The notes beneath the pieces are model-generated. The model was not told where the DNA came from. It did not search any database and saw only the letters and a list, made by a program, of their open reading frames with translations. A DNA stretch of 64,000 bases. Source: Chloroflexota bacterium (GTDB lineage: Bacteria > Chloroflexota > Dehalococcoidia > Lucifugimonadales > JADFKI01). The stretch covers positions 126,752-190,751 of the forward strand of contig JAQBUT010000001.1 in assembly GCA_027623195.1 (NCBI GenBank). The letters are read 5' to 3'. This document shows, piece by piece, positions 30,012 through 38,819 of the stretch (the first letter of the stretch is position 1; each line of letters starts with the position of its first letter). The position numbers were made by a program, and so were the translations under genes.

Positions 30012-30908
30012 TTAGTTAGATACTGGAACAGGTATACCCGGAATTTTCATCTGTATGCGCCCCATAGTGCGCCACGTTGTATAGAAAAGCGTTGTCCAGT
30101 CATCGCCGCCCCACGCCATGTTGGTAGTAGTGTCCTCACCGTGCACGACGGTTCCCAGGTGTTTGCCCGTTGGGTCCATCACCCAGATTCCGCCGGACCC
30201 GCCGCAGTACACGTTTCCTTCCACATCCACCTTCATGCCGTCTGGCACGCCCGGACGATCTCCAGACAGGTCGCAGAACACGCGGTCCGTCGCCAACGCT
30301 AACATGCCGTTGGGCTGCATATCGAATGCCCTTATGTGTCTCCTGCGGGTGTCGTTGATATAAAGACTGCTTTCGTCAGGCGAGAAGGCCAGCCCATTAG
30401 GCACAATGAAATCACCGATAAGGAGCGTCTGCGTGCCAAGGTCGGGTGTGACGCGATAGACGCCTGAGAAATCCAGATCCAGCCCCGCATCTGGCGCGCC
30501 GGGATCCGAAAAGTAAATGCACCCGTCGGACTTCACCACGGCGTCGTTGGGCCGGTTGAAGCGGGCGCCACGGTGGTTATTGGCAATGACCGTAATGCTA
30601 CCGTCGTGCTCCTGCCTCGTGACGCGACGGGCCCCATGCTCACAGGCAATTAGCCTTCCTTGCAGGTCGCGCGTGAGGCCGTTAGCCTGGTTAGTCCCTT
30701 GCTGGAACACGGTTGCACCCTCTCCGGGAGCCCATTTCATGCGTCTGTCCTGACCGATGTCGCTGAAAAGGAGGTACCCGCCCTCCTTCCACCATAGCGG
30801 CCCCTCGGCTGGCCACCTGTCGGCTGCCAGTCCGTCTGCTAACTGCTCCACTTCGGCATCAGCTGAAACGATGCGCTCTAGTTCTGCTGAGTTTTGTTCG
30901 ATAGGCAA
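30012..30908 (-). CDS. SMP-30/gluconolactonase family protein
   Basis: AEGPLW, FSDI, NRPND, PNGLAFSPD, PDGMKVD. Confidence 0.92.
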   Translation of the reverse strand: MPIEQNSAELERIVSADAEVEQLADGLAADRWPAEGPLWWKEGGYLLFSDIGQDRRMKWAPGEGATVFQQGTNQANGLTRDLQGRLIACEHGARRVTRQEHDGSITVIANNHRGARFNRPNDAVVKSDGCIYFSDPGAPDAGLDLDFSGVYRVTPDLGTQTLLIGDFIVPNGLAFSPDESSLYINDTRRRHIRAFDMQPNGMLALATDRVFCDLSGDRPGVPDGMKVDVEGNVYCGGSGGIWVMDPTGKHLGTVVHGEDTTTNMAWGGDDWTTLFYTTWRTMGRIQMKIPGIPVPVSN

Positions 30909-31197
30909 GGTTGTCCTCCTGATTTAATGAGACCACTGTGTCTTCCCCAGTATGTCTGGTTTACTCAGTGGCCAAGTTTGCGGCAATTATATGGCCTCAT
31001 GGCTTAGATTGCAGCCTGGCAATTCAAAGAGCGCCGTGACGCCCACGATGATCCCTAACCAGCACGTGAAGCCCCTCACGATTTCCTCATGGTGATTCCA
31101 ATATCGTGTTCATAATGCGGGGAGTAGGCTCTTGAATTTCGAGCCTCGGAAAATGGACGCAGGCAAGGTGAAGGCGCATAGAAGAAGGAGAGTGAGC

Positions 31198-32370
31198 ATG
31201 GCTTCTGTTACCTATATGGCTTGGCCCGAAAACGTGAGGATGTCCTACCACATCAGTCGCATTATTGGTCTATGCGAATTCGGTGCGGCAGACTTCACTG
31301 AGATATACCAGGCGGTGTTGCGCATTGATCCAACGGACGACGCCAGTTGGAACCGCGAGTGGCTCCGCATGGCAAATCTGGTGGAGGAGATGGCTGAGGA
31401 AGCCGAAGCCTACAGCAACTGGAGTTCGGCTCGATTCGCGTACCAGCGGGCGTCAAACTATTACCGCCTGGCCCAGGACGTGTTGGATCCTGACGACCCG
31501 AATAAGCTGCCCCAGTTGTGGAAGGCCAGGGAGCATTTCCTGAAATGCCTGCCGTACCAAGAGGCGAAGGCAGAGGTCGTGGACATACCTTACGAGACCA
31601 CGAATCTCACCGGTTTTTTTGTTCACGCGCGGTGGGGTGAGGGCCCTGCGCCGACGCTTATATGGCTCTGCGGCGCTGATTCGCTTTCTGAGGAAAACTA
31701 CTTCAATATGGGCATACAGGCGGCTGACAACGGCTACAACGCGCTGTTCTACGATCACCCCGGGCCAGGTCTTGCTCTTTACCAGCAGGGTCTGGGAACA
31801 CGATATGACACTGAGGCGTACGTAACCCCGGCGGTGGACTACCTGCTGACGCGCACCGAAGTAGATGCTTCACGAATAGCTATGGGCGGCCCTAGCTTCG
31901 CCGCTTACCACGTCTCTCGGGCAGCGGCGTTCGAGCAACGGCTGGCTGCGGCAGTCTCCGCCGGCGCAACGTACGAGTGGGGCGGAACCCAAGCGCTCAC
32001 TGGAGGCCACGCCAAAAGAATGCACAAGCTGTTCGGCGCTGCTAACGACGCGGAGTTCGAGGAGATTCGTTCTCGCTTTAAGCTGGGCGACGTGTTGGGA
32101 AAGATCACGTGCCCGTTCTTGGCCATCGTTGGCGTCGACGACTTCGTGCAGTTCCCAGCGTCCACCGCCATTAAGGTCATCAAAGGGGTGGGCTCGGCTG
32201 TCAAGAAAGCGATAGTCATCGAACGCGACAACGAGCTAGGCGGGGTGTTGCATTGCCAGAAGGACAACCTGCACCTCGTCCAAGCCGAGATTTTCAACTG
32301 GCTAAACGACGTTTTGGGTCACGCGCTACCCAGACCCCATCTAATGATGGCGGAAGCAGTGGCAGTCTGA
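31198..32370 (+). CDS. Alpha/beta hydrolase (FrsA/2,6-dihydroxypseudooxynicotine hydrolase-like)
   Basis: RASNYYR, DIPYE, GPSF nucleophile elbow, HCQ; ATG after AGGAG. Confidence 0.8.
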   Translation: MASVTYMAWPENVRMSYHISRIIGLCEFGAADFTEIYQAVLRIDPTDDASWNREWLRMANLVEEMAEEAEAYSNWSSARFAYQRASNYYRLAQDVLDPDDPNKLPQLWKAREHFLKCLPYQEAKAEVVDIPYETTNLTGFFVHARWGEGPAPTLIWLCGADSLSEENYFNMGIQAADNGYNALFYDHPGPGLALYQQGLGTRYDTEAYVTPAVDYLLTRTEVDASRIAMGGPSFAAYHVSRAAAFEQRLAAAVSAGATYEWGGTQALTGGHAKRMHKLFGAANDAEFEEIRSRFKLGDVLGKITCPFLAIVGVDDFVQFPASTAIKVIKGVGSAVKKAIVIERDNELGGVLHCQKDNLHLVQAEIFNWLNDVLGHALPRPHLMMAEAVAV

Positions 32371-32408
32371 TCACTGTCTAACCGGGCATTCATACAGAGC
32401 ATGACTTA

Positions 32409-32441
32409 ACAGGGCCCATGCGCATGCCGCATGGGCCCTGT
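32409..32441. terminator. Perfect 14-bp inverted repeat between convergent genes
   Basis: ACAGGGCCCATGCG-catgc-CGCATGGGCCCTGT. Confidence 0.65.
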
Positions 32442-32490
32442 CGGGTGTGACAAAGGAAAACCGATAGGAATCGGTGAGGCTGGAGCCAGA

Positions 32491-32829
32491 TCAGTCGGCC
32501 AGAGGCACCGTCATGGAGAGGCGGGGGCCGCCGCCAATTACTGCCGTGGTGTGGCCCTGGCCTGTGGTGTCTTCCGCAACCAGGACGTCGCCCACTCCAA
32601 ACCGGCGCTTCGTGCCATCCCCAACGATGATCTCCATTTCACCAGACAGGGTTACGACGTACTGGTTTTGCGGGGCGTGGTGCCAGTCGCTAAAGTAGCC
32701 CGCCTCGAATAGGCGAAACATCACGCCTTTGGCGGCCTGCATGGTCGTCAGGTTAGGGTGAGAATCCAAAGTCAGCTCCTCGAAATGGGACTGCCCGTCA
32801 TCGCCGGTGTATAGTCTTACAATTGCCAA
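32491..32829 (-). CDS. Small cupin-domain protein
   Basis: YTGDDGQSHFE, WHHAP, EDTTGQGH. Confidence 0.85.
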   Translation of the reverse strand: MAIVRLYTGDDGQSHFEELTLDSHPNLTTMQAAKGVMFRLFEAGYFSDWHHAPQNQYVVTLSGEMEIIVGDGTKRRFGVGDVLVAEDTTGQGHTTAVIGGGPRLSMTVPLAD

Positions 32830-32884
32830 TATCTTTTCTCCTAATTTCAGTCGTTAAATCGCTCTACCTGTTGCCCTCGAGGGA

Positions 32885-34114
32885 TCAATCTCTTCTTTGC
32901 GCCCTGGGTATGAGCAGCGTGTTGACCATCAGCCGCATACCCTTGTCTTCGGTGTCCTTGTGGGCACTCCCAATGGCGAACAGAACGTTTCCAGCTACCG
33001 TTTCCTGATAGAACCACGTGGAAAGCGTGTTCGAGTCCGCTTCCTCCTGACCTGGCTGTGCTGTGGCCGCTTCAAAGTAGTAGGCCTTCAGGTCTTCAAT
33101 AGCAAGCTTCAGCAGCGCGGGAGAGGTGAGGTCTCCTTTGGATTCAGGGATGCTACCGTCCTGAAATTCCGCGACGAAAGAACCCATAGATTCTGGGTCC
33201 ATGCCGCTAACGCCAACAGTGGTCCGATTGCGGTTATTCACCGCGCGGTCGTACCACGGATGCATCAGGGCGATTTCTTCGACGAGTTTCGCTTTCAGTT
33301 TTGCCGCGTCGCTGGCGTCAATCTCCGGAAGGGAGAAACTAACAGCACACGCCAGAGCCGCAGGACCTTCTACCGGCGGCGCGTCCTCAGGGTAGTCGAC
33401 AAGCACCGGCCCACTGGGAGCCTCAAAAAGCTCCAGGGCGGCAGTAACCACTCGCGTTTGGAATGCTGCGTCATCTGGCACTCCAAGCGGGCGTCCCAGT
33501 TCAAACGACACCCATAGAGCCCGTGGCGGCTTGATCTTCTCCGTGTGCTCGCGGATCAGGCTGATCTGTGTTGTGGGCACTCCCTCGTCCTCGATGTAAT
33601 ATGCAAGCCCGCCTACAGCGCGCGTACAGTTTGGTCAGACAGGGACGAGTAGTGCTGCGGTGACACCATCTCCTTTGAGGAGACCCGCGAGAGTTCGAGC
33701 AGCAGTCTCCATTTGCTGGGGAGCCGTGGCACCCATGAACGAGTAATGAAAATCTGCCACGCTGCCGATGATGCCTTGTTGTGCCATATCGTTAAGGCGG
33801 TCGAGAGGGAAGACGACATTCCAGTCCTTCTGAAAGCCGCTGCGGTCGTAATTGGTCGATATGTGGCTCATCACGAGGTCGTTGGCATCTGTGTCACCCG
33901 GAATGACCCGGTAGTCTCCCGGTATGTTAGCGCCGCCTGACCCTAGCGCGAAAGGGCGGTCATCGCGCAAGTGTAGGCCGGCGGTCGATATGATAGCGAC
34001 TCGCCGCTGTGCGACCGGAGGCCCCTGGACCCAAGGAAGACTGTCGAAGACTGGACATTCCAGATTGAGAGCACTCAGCCTGGAACCTTCTGGTAACTGA
34101 CTTAGTCGGACCAA
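32885..34114 (-). CDS. GrdB/PrdB-like reductase selenoprotein, 409 aa, Sec160 (UGA at 33635-33637)
   Basis: Two listed ORFs are in one frame, joined through LVPV-TGA-PNCTRAVGGLAYYIEDEG; GRDB-family motifs STAGLH, DWNVVFPLDRL, YSFMG, PPRAL, GRPLG; hairpin after the UGA. Confidence 0.88.
33602..33617 (-). promoter_or_regulatory. Candidate bacterial SECIS element
   Basis: UGUAGG-CGGG-CUUGCA hairpin starting 18 nt after the UGA. Confidence 0.55.
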
Positions 34115-34399
34115 TTCTCATCTCCTTCTAAAGAGCCCTGGAAGGGGCTCGCAAACGATTCCATGATTAGCCCTATGTAATCAATTAATTTACGCCCTCA
34201 TTATATCCCGTCAGGACAGCACGCGCTCCATGAGGGGCCGCATGACTCGGCCACGTCCAGTAGCCTACACTCCAAAACGAATTATGCGAGTTTAGCAAGG
34301 GCGTTTACGAGCGTCAAACGGGGAAGGGACTTTTTTACCCACAGTGGCCGGAATTGCTGCCCCCTTCAATCCAGCACGCGGAGAAGCATTGGCAGGCAC

Positions 34400-34432
34400 A
34401 AAAAAAGATGGGCCGCATTTAGCGGCCCATCT
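34400..34432 (-). terminator. Intrinsic terminator of nirK
   Basis: AGATGGGCCGC-taaat-GCGGCCCATC-T7 on the minus strand. Confidence 0.85.
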
Positions 34433-34453
34433 CATATCGGCTAGCTTATGAAT

Positions 34454-35539
34454 TTAGTTAATCGGGGCGGGTGGACTGACCACAGTCATGATATCTGTAT
34501 TCTCTGGCCCCTCAACTACCATTTGGACTGCCTGGCCCTTCTCCGTGGCCCTTATCAGTTTGTGATTTACGAACAGGTACATGCCTGGGTACCTGAAGGT
34601 GTACTCCACGACCGTCACGCTACCCGCCGCGACAGTCGTAGTCTCCACTCCATACTCAATGGCTGAGTTTGGATTGAAGGAACCGCGGGCGAATACCTTG
34701 TCGAAGTGTCCTCCGATTATATGTATCCACGACTCGTCGTTGGCCTGGCCGTAGAAGTAGCGAACGGTGTCGCCAACGTTGATCTTCAGCGCGTTGTCGC
34801 CGGTAAGCGCACCGACCTTGCCGTTGGTCACAACGAAAGAAGGGTTCTCGTTGGAGATCCGCTCAGGCGAGTACACATGCTTGGATGGATCGTCCTCCGA
34901 GGGCTTGGTGTAGAAATCGCCTTCCATCAGGTAGAACTGCTTGTCCACATCGGGGAGTCCACCAGTGGGCAGCACGATGATCGAGCCATACATACCTGAC
35001 GTCACGTGCATAGGTATCGGCGCAACTGCACAGTGATAGACGAAGGCCCCTTCTTTCAGAACCTGGAACCTGAAAGTAGTCTGCTTGCCGGGGCTTACTG
35101 TGGAAACGCCTCCCCCTCCAAGCGCACCGGTTGCAGCGTGGAAGTCGACGTTATGGGCGTGCCGTGATTCGGCAGGGTTCTTAAACGTAACTTCAACCCA
35201 GTCGCCCAGGCACACGACAATGGCAGGGCCTGGCACCGCGCCGTTGAAGGAGAGGAAGGGGAAGGTGATACCCGGCGCTATCTCCGCTTCGTATTCCTCA
35301 GTCTCCAGCGTGAAACGAACGTTGCGAGGAGTTCCGGTGCACTCGGGGAACTCCGGCAGATTGGGGGCCGGCACAAGTTGCAGGTCCACATTTTCTGGCT
35401 GTACCTCGGCAAATGACCTTGCCTGGTACAGCGCGTTACCGCCATCCTCCGACGCAGGAGCCGACACCTGGGTACATCCCAATGCTAACAATGTCAGCAG
35501 ACCGACCAGCAAGAGACTGGCTTGCACCTTAATAACCAT
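34454..35539 (-). CDS. nirK: Copper-containing nitrite reductase, predicted lipoprotein
   Basis: HNVDFHAA, YHC...H....M Cu ligands, HIIGGH, VNH; lipobox ALGC. Confidence 0.9.
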   Translation of the reverse strand: MVIKVQASLLLVGLLTLLALGCTQVSAPASEDGGNALYQARSFAEVQPENVDLQLVPAPNLPEFPECTGTPRNVRFTLETEEYEAEIAPGITFPFLSFNGAVPGPAIVVCLGDWVEVTFKNPAESRHAHNVDFHAATGALGGGGVSTVSPGKQTTFRFQVLKEGAFVYHCAVAPIPMHVTSGMYGSIIVLPTGGLPDVDKQFYLMEGDFYTKPSEDDPSKHVYSPERISNENPSFVVTNGKVGALTGDNALKINVGDTVRYFYGQANDESWIHIIGGHFDKVFARGSFNPNSAIEYGVETTTVAAGSVTVVEYTFRYPGMYLFVNHKLIRATEKGQAVQMVVEGPENTDIMTVVSPPAPIN

Positions 35540-35782
35540 TTTTCACCTCTATATCCGAAAATACGATTAATGCTGAGTATTCAGCTAAATACCGCTGCAG
35601 TCACTTGACAGGCAGGCGTGTGTGGAATTCGTGATTGTGAACAGCCTTTTTGTGTAAAAACGTGAGGGCTCAAGCGCTAAAACCAAAGCGAAGGAGTGCC
35701 CAGAAGACCGGCAGGGACGAAGGCGAGCCATAAAAGCCAGAGCGAGGGCGCAGCTAATTCTGTTAATCAGCGAAACGCGTGA

Positions 35783-37019
35783 CTACCCCTTCAGGGCAGG
35801 GCGCAGAGCCACGGAGACCACAGCCAGGAGGAAGCAGAGTCCAGCCAATAGAACGATCCCATCCTGAAAACCACCTGTGATGTCAGCTGCGACTCCCAGC
35901 ATAAGCGGCCCCAGGACGCCACCGACCTCTCCCACCGTGAAGTACAGGCCTCCTACGGCCCCCATTCGCTGAGGACTAATCTGCTTGGCATCCATGAGTA
36001 TCAGCAATATCACCGGCATCACACCTCGAGAAGCTACGCCCTGCAGAATAAGACCAAGCGTAAGCCACTGTCCCTGGCCGAAACCAATTACCAGCGCGCC
36101 AAGCCCAGCTACAACGAAGATGCCCATTAACAGGCCCAACCGAATCGTCGGTCTGGCAAGTTGGGGAATGATAAGTGTAGCCACCATTCCTATAACTACA
36201 GGGGGCGAGGCCCAAAGGCCGGCCTTAGAGGCCGTCATACCACTGGAACGAAGAATCTCGGGCAGCCAATTGCTAAAAGCGTGGCTGAACATGAATGTCC
36301 CAAGGCTCAGCACCAGGACGATCTGTACAACTTTTATTTTTTAGTAGCTCAGGAAAAACCTTCAGACCGGCGAGAAACGACTTGTCTGGAGCGTCAGATG
36401 CGTCGCTTTCGTCTGCGGCTTTGGCCATCACCCACCAGATGCCAGCAGCCAGCAGCGTGAACCCTGCGAAGGTGGCCAACGTCATATGCCAGCTATCGGC
36501 GAAAAGCGGCATAAGAATACTGTTGGCCGTTGCCAGTGCCAGAATACGTCCAACGCCGGACGCCGTCATGTAGACGCCCATAGCCGTGCCGCGATTGTGC
36601 TTATCGAACCAGGTGCTGATGAGCTTGGGAGCGCCGATTGATATGAACGGCCCACCCGCGCCAAATACGGCGACCGCTAAGAATAGCGTGCCGTAGTTCA
36701 CTGCCAGGGCGCGCAACAGTCCTGAAAGGGCTATCAGGAGAATACCAACCGCTACTGAACGCCTTAGACCAAATCGATCAATCAGTGCGCCAGCGGGTAT
36801 AGATGTTGCGACATAGATGAGGGGCCATGCCCCCAGAACGCTGCCCATGGCTGATCGGCCCAGGTGCAACTCATCGCTGACAGGGCCAATAAGAGGTGGG
36901 ATACCGCCCTGGATGAGACCAAAGCAGCAGTATGCCAACCAGAGACCTGCCAGCACTACCCATTTCTGTCTTGAACTGTTATCCCTGGCACCACGAATGC
37001 CGGTTGAAGTTCCCGCCAC
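35783..37019 (-). pseudogene. MFS transporter (CynX-like), split by a +1 frameshift in an A6 run
   Basis: GALIDRFGLR motif A in the 5' ORF; removing one A at 36337-36342 gives ELLKIKVVQIVLVLSLG, joining both ORFs. Confidence 0.8.
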
Positions 37020-37270
37020 TACTCACGCCTGTTCCGCCGCTAAATTAAGGATATCACAAGGGGGACCCTAACGGCATCGTGAGGCTGCGCGCCACGATTA
37101 CAGGGCCACTTCAAACTTTAGATCGTATCAGTTGACAGAGATGCTATCCTTTACACGCCGTGGCCAGCCACCGGCCCGCCGCCCGTTGTAGGCGTCGGAA
37201 GCGATGTGTTTGCTCGCGGTGATTGAAGCAGTGTAAGTTCTATACCAGAAACGCAAGGAGGAACGGGACT

Positions 37271-38755
37271 TTGTGCGCAAACCATGTAATGAAAACTGAC
37301 GTATTAATTGTAGGCTCCGGTGCCGCGGGAGTTACCGCAGCAATCGAGGCCAAAGAGGCCGGAGCGAACGTAATAGTAATCGAAAAATCGGGGCACCTGG
37401 GTGGCGCTGCAGCCATATCCGGGGGCGGGTGCTGTATGGTGAAGACCGCTCTGCAAGCTGAGAAGGGCATCGAGGATAGCGTAGACCTGGCCTTCGATGA
37501 CTGGCTGAAGTTTGGGGAGGGCTCGGCCGACGAGGAGTGGGCAAGGTTCTACCTGGAACACACCAATGCGGGCTTGTTCGAATGGGGACTTGCTCGAGGG
37601 GTGAAATGGGACTTCGTAAATCACAACGAGGGCAACACTGTACCCCGATGGCACCACCCCGTAGGCGGAGGCGCGGGAATCTGGCAAGCACTACACAAGA
37701 CGGCGCTGGAGCGCGGGGTCGACCAGTGGATTACTTCCACCGCCGCACGGGAGCTGATAGTGCAGGATGGCAGGGTTGCAGGAGTCCGAGCTGAAAACCT
37801 GGAGACCGGCGAAAGTACTGATTACATGGCCAAGGCTGTTGTTATGGCCAGTGGCGGCTTCAACTCCAACGTCGAGATGGTGATGGAGAATCGGCCTGAT
37901 CTCAAGGGCTTCCGCATATTGGAGGGCACCCACGTAGGCGATACGGGAGACGGCCATGGCATGGTCACCAAATTAGGCGGCACGCTGACCCACATGGATG
38001 AGATATGGTTTTACGTCTTCTCCATTCCCGACCACCGCGACGAACGTGGCAAGCGAGGATTGGCCGTGCGCGGCATGCCACATGCCGTTTGGGTGAACAT
38101 GCAGGGAGAGCGGTTCCACAACGAAGACTTGACCGGAGGAAACTCCGGCGCTCCTGCGGTTATGTCGCAGAACCCACCGACATGCTGGTCCGTGATCGAC
38201 GACTCCATGACAGGTGAGGTTACCGTCAGCGACCCGTACTACTACCAGCCTGGCACGTCCACCAAGGATCCCAGCAAAGTAGAGAAGTTGTTAAGAGAAT
38301 CTCCAAACATTAAGCACGGAAACACTCTGGAGGAACTCGCCGAGCAGATGGGCGTGCCAACGCAGACTTTCGTGGAAACGGTGAATCGCTACAACGGCTT
38401 CATCGACGGCAGTCTGGATGAGGACCCAGACCACGGCAAGAATCTGACTAACAAGAAGATGCTTGGGCAGCCGCCCTATCACGCGTTCAACTACTTCCCG
38501 CTAGCCAGGAAGAATTTCGGTGGGGTGAAGACGGATCTCCACTGCCGCGTCACTGACAAACACTACGAGGCCATACCGGGCCTTTACGCGGCGGGAGAAC
38601 TTGCCGGAATGGCCGGGGGCCACATCAACGGCAAGAACGGCCTCGAGGGAACAATGCTTGGGCCTTCTCTGTTCAGCGGCAGGGTCGCAGGGGCCTGGGC
38701 TGCCAACGAGGCTGGTTTCGGCGAAGGGTATGCAGGCACACCGACGCGAGACTGA
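37271..38755 (+). CDS. FAD-dependent oxidoreductase (flavocytochrome c/fumarate reductase/KstD flavoprotein-like)
   Basis: GSGAAG, ASGGF, GERFHNE, IPGLYAAGE; TTG after AAGGAGG (ATG at 37289 is an alternative start). Confidence 0.85.
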   Translation: MCANHVMKTDVLIVGSGAAGVTAAIEAKEAGANVIVIEKSGHLGGAAAISGGGCCMVKTALQAEKGIEDSVDLAFDDWLKFGEGSADEEWARFYLEHTNAGLFEWGLARGVKWDFVNHNEGNTVPRWHHPVGGGAGIWQALHKTALERGVDQWITSTAARELIVQDGRVAGVRAENLETGESTDYMAKAVVMASGGFNSNVEMVMENRPDLKGFRILEGTHVGDTGDGHGMVTKLGGTLTHMDEIWFYVFSIPDHRDERGKRGLAVRGMPHAVWVNMQGERFHNEDLTGGNSGAPAVMSQNPPTCWSVIDDSMTGEVTVSDPYYYQPGTSTKDPSKVEKLLRESPNIKHGNTLEELAEQMGVPTQTFVETVNRYNGFIDGSLDEDPDHGKNLTNKKMLGQPPYHAFNYFPLARKNFGGVKTDLHCRVTDKHYEAIPGLYAAGELAGMAGGHINGKNGLEGTMLGPSLFSGRVAGAWAANEAGFGEGYAGTPTRD

Positions 38756-38819
38756 GACCTTCCACCTGTTTTAGGCGCTCAATATAACCTATCTGACGCA
38801 ACAGCCAAGGAGCGATTTC

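Noticed and set aside
35540..35782. FNR/Rex site upstream of nirK (TTGAC, TTGTGAA half-sites)
   Set aside because: No matching second half-site at the correct spacing
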